From Mobula hypostoma (taxonomy: Eukaryota): DNA of 64,000 bases. The DNA is taken from NCBI RefSeq assembly GCF_963921235.1, contig NC_086108.1, forward strand, positions 22,816,001-22,880,000. Direction: 5' to 3'. Under the pieces are notes generated by a model, which was not told where the DNA came from, made no database searches, and was given only the letters and a program-made list of their open reading frames with translations. This document shows, piece after piece, positions 38,701 to 53,700 of the stretch. Every line of letters starts with the position of its first letter. Position 1 is the stretch's first letter. Both the position numbers and the translations under genes were made by a program.

Positions 38701-41700
38701 TACTATTCCAACCCCATGAACTGACCCACTCACCATTCCACTCCAACCCCATGAACTGATCCATTCACCTTACCATCCCATTCCAACCCCAGGAACTGAC
38801 CTACTCACTTTACCATCCCAAACCAACCCTATGAACTGATCCACTCACCTTTCCATTCCATTCCAACCCCATGAACTGACGCACTCACCTTACGATCCCA
38901 ACCCCAGGAAGTGACCCACTCACCTTACCATTCCAATCCAACCCAATGAACTGACCCACTCAGCATACCATTCGAAACCAACCACAAGAACTGACCCACT
39001 CACCTTACCATTCCATTCCAATCCCCATGAACTGACCTACTCAGCTTACCACTCCAACCCCATGAACTGACCCACTCACCTTACCATTCCAAAACCATGA
39101 AATGACCCACTCAGCTTACCATTCCAACCCCATGAACTGACCCACTCATCTTACCATTCCAACCCCATGAACTGACCCACTCATCTTACCATTCCAACAC
39201 CATGAACTGACCCATTCACCATTCCCTCCAACCCCATGAACTGACCCACTCACCTTACCAATCCAACCCCTTGAATTAACCCACTCACCATTCCACTCCA
39301 ACCCCATGAAGTGACCACTCAACTTACCATTCCATTCCAACCCCATGAACTGATGCACTAACCTTACCATCCCAACCCCATGAACTGACACCCTCACCTT
39401 ACCATTCCATCACCATGAACTGTCCCACTCACCATTCCACTCCAACCCCATGAACTGAACCAGTGACCTGACACTTCAACCCCATGAACTGACCCACTCA
39501 CCTTACCATCCCACACCGACCCCATGAACTGACCCACTCACCTTTTCATTCCATCCCCCTAAACTGACCCATTCACCTTACCATTCGAACCGCATGAACT
39601 GACCAACTCACCTTTCCACTCCAACCCCATGAACTGACCCATTTACCATTCCGCTCCAACCCCAGCAAATGACCCACTCCGCTTACCACTCCAACCCAAT
39701 GAACTGACCAACTCACCTTACCACTCCAACCCCATGAACTGACCCACTCACCTTACTATTCCAACCCCATGAACTGACCCACTCACCATTCCACTCCAAC
39801 CCCATGAACTGATCCATTCACCTTACCATCCTATTCCAACCCCATGAACTGACCTACTCACTTTACCATTCCAACTCAACCCCATGATCTGATCCACTCA
39901 CCTTTCCACTCCAATCCCATGTACTGGCCACTCATCTTACCATTCCATTCCAATCCCATGAACTGACGCACTCACCTTACCATCCCAACCCCAGTAAGTG
40001 ACCCACTCACCTTAGCATTCCAATCCAACCCAATGAACTGACCCACTCACCTTACCACTCCAACCCAGCCCCATTAAATGACCCACTCACCTTACCATTC
40101 CAACCCCATGAACTGACCTACTCAGCTTACCACTCCAACCACATGAACCGACCCACTCACTTTACCATTCCATTCCAATCCCCATGAACTGACCTACTCA
40201 GCTTACCACTCCAACCCCATGAACTGACCCACTCACCTTACCATTCCAAAACCATGAAATGACCCACTCAGCTTACCATTCCAACCCCATGAACTGACCC
40301 ACTCATCTTACCATTCCAACACCATGAACTGACCCATTCACCATTCCCTCCAACCCCATGAACTGACCCACTCACCTTACCAATCCAACCCCTTGAATTA
40401 ACCCACTCACCATTCCACTCCAACCCCATGAAGTGACCACTCAACTTACCATTCCATTCCAACCCCATGAACTGATGCACTAACCTTACCATCCCAACCC
40501 CATGAACTGACACCCTCACCTTACCATTCCATCACCATGAACTGTCCCACTCACCATTCCACTCCAACCCCATGAACTGAACCAGTGACCTGACACTTCA
40601 ACCCCATGAACTGACCCACTCACCTTACCATCCCACACCGACCCCATGAACTGACCCACTCACCTTTTCATTCCATCCCCCTAAACTGACCCACTCACCT
40701 TACCATTCGAACCGCATGAACTGACCAACTCACCTTTCCACTCCAACCCCATGAACTGACCCATTTACCATTCCGCTCCAACCCCAGCAAATGACCCACT
40801 CCGCTTACCACTCCAACCCAATGAACTGACCAACTCACCTTACCACTCCAACCCCATGAACTGACCCACTCACCTTACTATTCCAACCCCATGAACTGAC
40901 CCACTCACCATTCCACTCCAACCCCATGAACTGATCCATTCACCTTACCATCCTATTCCAACCCCATGAACTGACCTACTCACTTTACCATTCCAACTCA
41001 ACCCCATGATCTGATCCACTCACCTTTCCACTCCAATCCCATGTACTGGCCACTCATCTTACCATTCCATTCCAATCCCATGAACTGACGCACTCACCTT
41101 ACCATCCCAACCCCAGGAAGTGACCCACTCACCTTACCATTCCAATCCAACCCAATGAACTGACCCACTCACCTTACCACTCCAACCCAGCCCCATTAAA
41201 TGACCCACTCACCTTACCATTCCAACCCCATGAACTGACCTACTCAGCTTACCACTCCAACCACATGAACCGACCCACTCACTTTACCATTCCAAAGCCA
41301 TGAAATGACCCACTCAGCTTACCACTCCAACCCCATGAACTGACCCACTCACCATTCCACTCCAACCCCATGAACTGGCCACTCATCTTACCATTCCATT
41401 CCAATCCCATGAACTGACGCACTCACCTTACCATCCCAACCCCAGGAAGTGACCCACTCACCTTACCAATCCAACCCCTTGAATTAACCCACTCACTATT
41501 CCACTTCAACCCCATGAACTGACACACTCAACTTACTATTCCACTCCAACCCCATGAACTGAACCAGTGACCTTACACTTCAACCCCATGAACTGACCCA
41601 CTCAAAACTGACCCACTCTCCTCACCACTCCAACCCCATGAACAGACCCTCTCACCTTACCATTCCAACCCCACCAACTGACCCAATCACCTTACCATTC

Positions 41701-44700
41701 GAACCCCATGAACTGACCCACTCACCTTACCATTTAAAAACCAACCCCATGAATTGACCCATTCAGCTTACCATTCCACTCGAAACCCCATGTACTGATC
41801 CATTCACCTTACCACTCCAATCCAACCACATGAACTGACCCACTCACCTTAACATTCCAACCCCTTGAACTGACCCACTCAGCATACCACTCTAACCCAA
41901 TTAACTGACCCACTCACCTTACCACTCCAGCACCATGAACTGACCCACTCACCTTACCATTCTATTCCAACCCCATGAACTGACCCACTCATCTTAGCAT
42001 TGCAACCCAACCCCATGAATGACCCACTCACCTTATCATTCCAAACCAACCTCATGAACTCACCCACTCACCTTACCATTTCAACTCAACCCCATGAACT
42101 GACCCACAAACCTTACCATTCCATCCACATGAACTGACCGACTCACTTTACCATTCCAGCCCCTTGAATTGACCCACTCACCTTACCACTACAATCCCAT
42201 GAATTGACACACTCACCTTACCATTCGAACCCCATGAACTGACCAACTCACCTTACCACTCCAACCCCATGAATTGACCCACTCAGTTTACCATTCAACA
42301 ACAACCCCATGAACTGACCCACTCACCTTACCATTCCTACCCTATGAACTGACCCACTCACCTTAGCACTCCACTCCAAACCCATGAACTCACCCACTCA
42401 CCTTACCATTCCAACCTCATGAACTGACCCTGTCACCTTACCATTCCACTCCAACCCCATGAACTGACCCACTAACCCTACCATTCCAAAACCATGAACG
42501 GACCCACTTACTTACCACTCCAACCCCATGAACTGACCCACTCACCTTACCATTCCAACCCCATTAATGGACCCACTCACCTTACCAGCACAAACCCATG
42601 AATTGACCCACTCACCTTACCACTCCAACCCCATGAACTGACCCACTCACCGCACCAGTCCAACCCCATGAATTGACACACTCACCTTAGCATTCCACTC
42701 CAACCCCATGAACTGACCCATTCACCTTACCATTCCAACCCCATGAACTGACCCACTCACCTTACCATCCCAACCCCATGAACTGACCCACTCACGTTAC
42801 CACTCCAATCCAATCCCATGAACTGACCTACTCACCTGATAATTCCATTCCATACCCCATGAACTGACCCACTCATCTTATCATTCCAACCCCATGAACT
42901 GTCCCACTCAGCTTAACACTCCAACCCCATGAACTGACCCATTCACCTTACCATTCAACTCCAACCCCATGAACTGACCCATTCACCTTACCATTCAACT
43001 CCAACCCCATGAACTGTCCCTCTCGCCTTAGTATTCCAACCCCATAAACTGACCCACTCACTTTACCATTCCACTCCAACCCCATGAACTGAACCACTCA
43101 CCTTACCATTCCACACCGAACCCATGAACTGACCCACTCAACTTACCATTCCATCCCCATAAACTGACCCACTCACCTTACCATTCAAACCCCATGAACT
43201 GACCAACTCACCTTTCCACTCCAACCCCATGAACTGACCTACTCACCATTCCACTCCAACCCCATGAACTGAGCCATTCACCTTACCATTCCACTCCAAC
43301 CCCATGAACTGACCTCACACCTTACAATTCCAACCCCATGAACTCAACCACTCACCTTACCATTCCATTCCAATCCCATGAACTGACCCACTCGCCTTAC
43401 CACTCTAACGCAATGAACTGCCCCACTCAATTTACCATTCCAACCCTATGAACTGACCCACTCACCTTACCATTCTATTCCAACCCCATGGACTAACCCA
43501 CTCACCTTACCAATACAACCCCATGAATTGACCCATGTACCTTACCACTACAACCCCATGAATTGACCCACTCACGTTACCATTCCAACCCCAAGAACTG
43601 ACACACTCATCTTACTATTCCAACCCCATAAACTGACCACTCACCTTACCATTCCATTCCAACCCCATGAACTGTCACACGTACCTTACTATCCCAACCC
43701 TATGAGCTGAGCCACTCACGTTAGCACTCCATTCCAACCCCATGAACTGACCACTCACCTTTGCATTCTGACCCCATGAACTGACCCACTCACCTTAGCT
43801 TTCCAACCCCATGATCTGACCCAGTCACCTTACCATTGCAACCCCATGAACTGACCCACTCACCTTACCATTCCAACCCAACCCCATGAACTGACCCACT
43901 CACCTGACCATTCCATTCCAAACCCCATGAACTTAGCCACTAAACTGACCACTCCAAACCAACCCGATGAACTGACCCACTCACCTTACCATTCCATTCC
44001 AAACCCCGTGAACTTAGCCACTAAACTGACCACTCCAAACCAACCCGATGAATTGACCCATTCAGCTTACTACTGCACTCCAACCCCATCAACTGACCCA
44101 CTCACCTTACCATTCTAACCCGGTGAACTGACCCACACACCTTACCATTCCAACACAACCCCATAAACTGAAACACTCACCTTACCATTCCAAATCAACC
44201 CAATGAACTGACCCACTCACCTTACCATTCCATTCCAAACCCCATGAACTTAGCCACTAAACTGACCACTCCAAACCAACCCGATGAATTGACCCATTCA
44301 GCTTACTACTGCACTCCAACCCCATCAACTGACCCACTCACCTTACCATTCCAACACAACCCCATGAACTGAAACACTCACCTGACCACTCCAAACCAAC
44401 CCCATGAACTGACCCATTCACCTTACCACTCCAACACCATGAAATGACCCACTCAGCTGACCACTCCAACCCCATGAACTGACCCACTCATCTTAGCATT
44501 CCAACCCCATGAACTGACCCACTCATCTTAGCATTCCAACCCCATGAACTGACCCACTCAGCTGACCACTCCAACCCCATGAACTACCCACTCACCTTAC
44601 AATTCCAACCACTTGAATTGACCCCTCACCTTACCATTCCATCCCCATGAAATGACCCACTCACCTCACCATTCCACTCCAACCCCATAAACTGACCACT

Positions 44701-47700
44701 CATCTTACCATTACATTCCAACCCTATGAACTGTCGCACGCACCTTACCATTCCAAACCATCCCAATGAACTGACGTTAGCTTTCCTACCCCATGATCTG
44801 ACCCACTCACCTTAACATTGCAACCCCATGAACTGACCCACTCACATTACTGCTCCAACCCAACCCCATGAACTGACCCACTCATCTTACCATTCCAACC
44901 CCATGAACTAACCCACTCAGCTTAACACTCCAACCCCATGAACTGACCCATTCACCATACCATTCAACTCCAACCCCATGAACTGACCCACTTACCATTC
45001 CGCTCCAATCCCAGGAAATGACCCACTCCGCTTACCACTCCAACCCAATGAACTGACCAACTCACCTTACCACTCCAACCCCATGAACTGACCCACTCAC
45101 CTTACTATTCCAACCCCATGAACTGACCCACTCACCATTCCACTCCAACCCCATGAACTGATCCATTCACCTTACCATCCCATTCCAACCCCATGAACTA
45201 ACCTACTCACTTTACCATCCCAAACCAACCCTATGAACTGATCCACTCACCTTTCCATTCCACTCTAACCCCATGAACTGGCCACTCATCTTACCATTCC
45301 ATTCCAACCCCATGAACTGACGCACTCACCTTACTATCCCAACCCCAGGAAGTGACCCACTCACCTTACCATTCCAATCCAACCCAATGAACTGACCCAC
45401 TCAGCATACCATTCGAAACCAACCACAAGAACTGACCCACTCACCTTACCATTCCATTCCAATCCCCATGAACTGACCTACTCAGCTTACCACTCCAACC
45501 CCATGAACTGACCCACTCACCTTACCATTCCAAAACCATGAAATGACCCACTCAGCTTACCATTCCAACCCCATGAACTGACCCACTCATCTTACCATTC
45601 CAACACCATGAACTGACCCATTCACCATTCCCTCCAACCCCATGAACTGAACCACTCAACTTACACATCAACCCCATGAACTGACCCACTCACCTTACCA
45701 TCCCAACCCCAGGAAGTGACCCACTCACCTTACCATTCCAATCCACCCCAATGAACTGACCCACTCAGCATACCATTCGAAACCAACCACAAGAACTGAC
45801 CCACTCACCTTACCATTCCATTCCAATCCCCATGAACTGACCTACTCAGCTTACCACTCCAACCACATGAACCGACCCACTCACCTTACCATTCCACACC
45901 GACCCCACGAACTGACCCACTCACCTGACCATTCCATCCCCCTAAACTGACCCACTCACCTTACCATTCGAACCGCATGAACTGACCAACTCACCTTTCC
46001 ACTCCAACCCCATGAACTGACCCACTTACCATTCCGCTCCAACCCCAGGAAATGACCCACTCCGCTTACCACTCCAACCCAATGAACTGACCAACTCACC
46101 TTACCACTCCAACCCCATGAACTGACCCACTCACCTTACTATTCCAACCCCATGAACTGACCCACTCACCATTCCACTCCAACCCCATGAACTTATCCAT
46201 TCACCTTACCATCCTATTCCAACCCCATGAACTGACCTACTCACTTTACCATCCCAACCCAACCCCATGAACTGATCCACTCACCTTTCCACTCCAATCC
46301 CATGTACTGGCCACTCATCTTACCATTCCATTCCAATCCCATGAACTGACGCACTCACCTTATCATCCCAACCCCAGGAATGACCCACTCACCTTACCAT
46401 TCCATTCCAATCCCCATGAACTGACCCACTCACCTTACCACTCCAACCCAGCCCCATTAAATGACCCACTCACCTTACCATTCCAACCCAATGAACTGAC
46501 CTACTCAGCTTACCACTCCAACCACATGAACCGACCCACTCACTTTACCATTCCAAAGCCATGAAATGACCCACTCAGCTTACCACTCCAACCCCATGAA
46601 CTGACCCACTCACCATTCCACTCCAACCCCATGAACTGGCCACTCATCTTACCATTCCATTCCAATCCCATGAACTGACGCACTAACCTTACCATCCCAA
46701 CCCCATGAACTGACACCCTCACCTTACCATTCCACACCGGACCCCATGAACTGACCCACTCACCTGACCATTCCATCCCCCTAAACTGACCCACTCACCT
46801 TACCATTCGAACCGCATGAACTGACCAACTCACCTTTCCACTCCAACCCCATGAACTGACCCACTTACCATTCCGCTCCAACCCCAGGAAATGACCCACT
46901 CCGCTTACCACTCCAACCCAATGAACTGACCAACTCACCTTACCACTCCAACCCCATGAACTGACCCACTCACCTTACTATTCCAAGCCCATGAACTGAC
47001 CCACTCACCATTCCACTCCAACTCCATGAACTGATCCATTCACCTTACCATCCTATTCCAACTCCATGAACTGACCTACTCACTTTACCATCCCAACCCA
47101 ACCCCATGAACTGATCCACTCACCTTTCCACTCCAATCACATGTACTGGCCACTCATCTTACCATTCCATTCCAATCCCATGAACTGACGCACTCACCTT
47201 ACCATCCCAACCCCAGGAAGTGACCCACTCACCTTACCATTCCAATCCAACCCAATGAACTGACCCACTCAGCTTACCATTCCAAACCAACCACAAGAAC
47301 TGACCCACTCACCTTACCATTCCATTCCAATCCCCATGAACTGACCCACTCACCTTACCACTCCAACCCAGCCTCATTAAATGACCCACTCACCTTACCA
47401 TTCCAACCCAATGAACTGACCTACTCAGCTTACCACTCCAACCACATGAACCGACCCACTCACTTTACCATTCCAAAGCCATGAAATGACCCACTCAGCT
47501 TACCACTCCAACCCCATGAACTGACCCACTCACCATTCCACTCCAACCCCATGAACTGGCCACTCATCTTACCATTCCATTCCAATCCCATGAACTGACG
47601 CACTAACCTTACCATCCCAACCCCATGAACTGACACCCTCACCTTACCATTCCACACCGGACCCCATGAACTGACCCACTCACCTGACCATTCCATCCCC

Positions 47701-50700
47701 CTAAACTGACCCACTCACCTTACCATTCGAACCGCATGAACTGACCAACTCACCTTTCCACTCCAACCCCATGAACTGACCCACTTACCATTCCGCTCCA
47801 ACCCCAGGAAATGACCCACTCCGCTTACCACTCCAACCCAATGAACTGACCAACTCACCTTACCACTCCAACCCCATGAACTGACCCACTCACCTTACTA
47901 TTCCAAGCCCATGAACTGACCCACTCACCATTCCACTCCAACTCCATGAACTGATCCATTCACCTTACCATCCTATTCCAACTCCATGAACTGACCTACT
48001 CACTTTACCATCCCAACCCAACCCCATGAACTGATCCACTCACCTTTCCACTCCAATCACATGTACTGGCCACTCATCTTACCATTCCATTCCGATCCCA
48101 TGAACTGACGCACTCACCTTACCATCCCAACCCCAGGAAGTGACCCACTCACCTTACCATTCCAATCCAACCCAATGAACTGACCCACTCAGCTTACCAT
48201 TCCAAACCAACCACAAGAACTGACCCACTCACCTTACCATTCCATTCCAATCCCCATGAACTGACCCACTCACCTTACCACTCCAACCCAGCCTCATTAA
48301 ATGACCCACTCACCTTACCATTCCAACCCCATGACCTGACCTACTCAGCTTACCACTCCAACCCCATGAACTGGCCACTCATCTTACCATTCCATTCCAA
48401 TCCCATGAACTGACACACTCACCTTACCATCCCAACCCCAGGAAGTGACCCACTCACCTTACCAATCCAACCCCTTGAATTAACCCACTCACTATTCCAC
48501 TTCAACCCCATGAACTGACCACTCAACTTACTATTCCCCTCCAACCCCATGAACTGAACCAGTGACCTTACACTTCAACCCCATGAACTGACCCACTCAA
48601 AACTGACCCACTCTCCTCACCACTCCAACCCCATGAACAGACCCTCTCACCTTACCATTCCAACCCCACCAACTGACCTAATCACCTTACCATTCGAACC
48701 CCATGAACTGACCCACTCACCTTACCATTTAAAAACCAACCGCATGAATTGACCCATTCAGCTTACCATTCCACTCCAAACCCCATGTACTGATCCATTC
48801 ACCTTACCACTCCAATCCAACCACATGAACTGACCCACTCACCTTAACATTCCAACCCCTTGAACTGACCCACTCAGCTTACCACTCTAACCCAATTAAC
48901 TGACCCACTCACCTTACCACTCCAGCACCATGAACTGACACACTCAACTCACCATTTCATCCCAACCCCATGAACTGACCCACTGACCTTACCATTCCAT
49001 CCCAATGAACTGACCAACTCACCTTACATTCTAACCCCAGGAACTGACCCACTAATCTTACCATTCCAAACCAACTGAGGAACTGACCCACTCACCTTAC
49101 CATTCCAACCCCATGAACTGACCGCCTCACCTTACCACTCCAATCCAACTACATCAACTGACACACTCACCTTAGCATTCTAACCGCATGAACTGACCCA
49201 CTCAGCTGACCACTGCAACCCCATGAACTGACCCACTCACCTTACCATTCCATTCCAACCCCATGAACTGCACCACTCAGCTTATCACTCCAACCCTATA
49301 AACTGACCTACTTACCTCACCAGTGCAAACCAACCCCATGAAATGACCCACTCACCTTTCCATTCCACTCCAACTCAATGAAGTGACCCACTCACCTTAC
49401 CATTCCAACCCCTTGAACTGACCCACGCACCTTACAACCCCAACCCCATGAATTCACCAACTCACTTTCCCACTCCAGCCCCATGAACCGACCCAGTCAC
49501 CTTACCATTCCAACCCAACCCCATGAACTGACCCACTCACCTTACAGTTCCAACCCCATGAAATGACCCACTCACCTTTCCATTCTACTCCAACCCCATG
49601 AACTGGCCACTCATCTTACCATTCCATTCCAACCCCATGAATTGACGCACTCACCTTACCATCCCAACCCCAGGAAGTGACCTACTCACCTTACCATTCC
49701 AACCCAACCCAATGAACTGACCCACTCATCTTACCATTCCAAACCAACTACAAGAACTGACCCACTCAACTTGCCATTCCATTCCAACCCCATGAACTGA
49801 TGCACTAACCTTACCATCCCAACCCTATGAACTGACACCCTCACCTTACCATTCCAAACCAACCCCATGAATTGACCCATTCAGCTTACCATTCCACTCC
49901 AAGCCCCATGAACTGACCAACTCACCTTACCACTTCAATCCAACCGCATGAATTGACCCATTCACCTTACCAGTCCAACCCCATGAACTGACCAACTCAC
50001 CTCACCACTCCAAACCCATGAGTTGAACCACCCACCTTACCAGTCCAACCCCATGAACTGACCCACTCACTTCACCACTCCAAACACATGAATTGAACCA
50101 CTCACCTTACCATTCCAACCCCATGAACTAACCCACTCACCTTACCATTCCAACCCCATAAACTGACCCACCCACCTTATCATTCCAAACCAACCCCATG
50201 AACTGACCCATTCACCTTACCACTCCAACCCCATGAAATGACCCACTCAGCTTACCACTCCAACCCCATGAACTACCCCCTCTCCTTAGCATTCCAACCC
50301 CATCAACTGACCCACTCAGCTGACCACTCCAACCCCATGAACTACCCACTCACCTTACCATTCCAACCACTTGAATTGACCCCCTCATCTTACCATTCCA
50401 TCCCCATGAAATGACCCACTCACTTCACCATTCCACTCTAACCTCATAAACTGACCACTCACCTTACCATTACATTCCAACCCCATGAACTGACTACTCA
50501 CCTTTCCATTCTGACCCCATGAACTGACCCACTCACCTTAGCTTTCCAACCCCATGATCTGACCCACTCACCTTACCATTGCAACCCAACCCCATGAACT
50601 GACTCACTCATCTTACCATTCCAACCCAACCCAATGAACTGACCCACTCAGCTTACCATTCCAAACCAACTACAAGAACTGACCCACTCAGCTTACCATT

Positions 50701-53700
50701 CCATTCCATTCCAAACCCCATGAACTGACCCACTCACCCTACCACTCCAAACCAACCCCATGAATTGAACAATTCTGCTTACCATTCCATTCCAAACCCC
50801 ATGAACTGACCTACTTAGCTTACCACTCCAACCACATGAACCGACCCACTCACTTTACTATTCCCTCAAATCCCATGAACTGAACCACTCAACTGACACA
50901 TCAACCCCATGAACTGACCCACTCACTTGACCATTCCAACCCCATGAACTGACCCACTCCCCTTACCAATCCAACCCCTTGAATTAACCCACTCACCATT
51001 CCACTCCAACCCCATGAACTGACCACTCAACTTGCCATTCCATTCCAACCCCATGAACTGATGCACTAACCTTACCATCCCAACCCTATGAACTGACACC
51101 CTCACCTTACCATTCCAAACCACCCCAATGAATTGACCCATTCAGCTTACCATTCCACTCCAAGCCCCATGAACTGACCAACTCACCTTACCACTTCAAT
51201 CCAACCGCATGAATTGACCCATTCACCTTACCAGTCCAACCCCATGAACTGACCAACTCACCTCACCACTCCAAACCCATGAGTTGAACCACCCACCTTA
51301 CCAGTCCAACCCCATGAACTGACCCACTCACTTCACCACTCCAAACACATGAATTGAACCACTCACCTTACCACTCCAACCCCATGAACTAACCCACTCA
51401 CCTTACCATTCCAACCCCATAAACTGACCCACCCACCTTATCATTCCAAACCAACCCCATGAACTGACCCATTCACCTTACCACTCCAACCCCATGAAAT
51501 GACCCACTCAGCTTACCACTCCAACCCTATGAACTACCCCCTCACCTCAGCATTCCAACCCCATCAACTGACCCACTCGGCTGACCACTCCAACCCCATG
51601 AACTACCCACTCACCTTACCATTCCAACCACTTGAATTGACCCCCTCATCTTACCATTCCATCCCCATGAAATGACCCACTCACTTCACCATTCCACTCT
51701 AACCTCATAAACTGACCACTCACCTTACCATTACATTCCAACCCCATGAACTGACCACTTACCTTTCCATTCTGACCCCATGAACTGACCCACTCACCTT
51801 AGCTTTCCAACCCCATGATCTGACCCACTCACCTTACCATTGCAACCCAACCCCATGAACTGACTCACTCATCTTACCATTCCAACCCAACCCCATGAAC
51901 TGACCCACTCAGCTTACCACTCCAACCCCATGAAATGACCCACTCACCTTACCACTCCAACCCCATGAACTACCCCCTCACCTTAGCATTCCAACCCCAT
52001 GAACTGACCCACTCAGCTGACCACTCCAACCCCATGAACTACCCCCTCACCTTAGCATTCCAACCCCATGAACTGACCCACTCAGCTGACCACTCCAACC
52101 CAATGAACTACCCACTCACCTTACCAGTCCAACCCCATGAACTGACCAACTCACCTCACCACTCCAAACCCATGAGTTGAACCACCCACCTTACCAGTCC
52201 AACCCCATGAACTGACCCACTCACTTCACCACTCCAAACACATGAATTGAACCACTCACCTTACCATTCCAACCCCATGAACTAACCCACTCACCTTACC
52301 ATTCCAACCCCATAAACTGACCCACCCACCTTATCATTCCAAACCAACCCCATGAACTGACCCATTCACCTTACCACTCCAACCTCATGAAATGACCCAC
52401 TCACCTTACCACTCCAACCCCATGAACTACCCCCTCACCTTAGCATTCCAACCCCATGAACTGACCCACTCAGCTGACCACTCCAACCCCATGAACTACC
52501 CCCTCACCTTAGCATTCCAACTCCATGAACTGACCCACTCAGCTGACCACTCCAACCCAATGAACTACCCACTCACCTTACCATTCCAACCACTTGAATT
52601 GAACCCCTCATCTTACCATTCTATCCCCATGAAATGACCCACTCACTTCACAATTCCACTCTAACCTCATAAACTGACCACTCACCTTTCCATTCTGACC
52701 CCATGAACTGACCCACTCAGCTTAACACTCCAACCCCATGAACTGACCCATTCACCTTACCATTCAACTCCAACGCCATGAACTGTCCCTCTCGACTTTG
52801 TATTCCAAACCCCATGAACTGACCCACTCACCTTACCAGTATAACCCAATGAACTGCCCCACTCAACTTTCCATTCCAACCCTATGAACTGACCCACTTA
52901 CCTTACCATTCTATTCCAACACCATGGACTAACCCACTCACCTTACCATTCCAACCCCATGAACTGACCCACTCAGCTTAACACTCCAACCCCATGAACT
53001 GACCCATTCACCTTACCATTCAACTCCAACCCCATGAACTTTCCCTCTCGCCTTAGTATTCCAACCCCATGAACTGACCCACTCAGCTTACCATTCCACA
53101 CCGACCCCATGAACTGACCCACTCAGCTTACCATTCCACACTGACCCCATGAACTGACCCACTCACCTTACCATTCCATCCCCATAAACTGACCCACTTA
53201 CCATTCCGCTCCAACCCTAGGAAATGACCCACTCCGCTTACCACTCCAACCCAATGAACTGACTAACTCACCTTACCACTCCAACCCCATGAACTGACCC
53301 ACTCACCTTACTATTCCAACCCCATGAACTGACCCACTCACCATTCCACTCCAACCCCATGAACTGATCCATTCACCTTACCATCCCATTCCAACCCCAT
53401 AAACTGACCTACTCACTTTACCATCCCAACCCAACCCCATGAACTGATCCACTCACCTTTCCACTCCAATCCCATGTACTGGCCACTCATCTTACCATTC
53501 CATTCCAATCCCATGAACTGACGCACTCACCTTACCATCCCAACCCCAGGAAGTGACCCACTCACCTTACCATTCCATTCCAATCCCCATTAAATGACGC
53601 ACTCACCTTACCATTCCAACCCCATGAACTGACCTACTCAGCTTACCACTCCAACCACATGAACTGACCCACTCACTTTACCATTCCAAAGCCATGAAAT

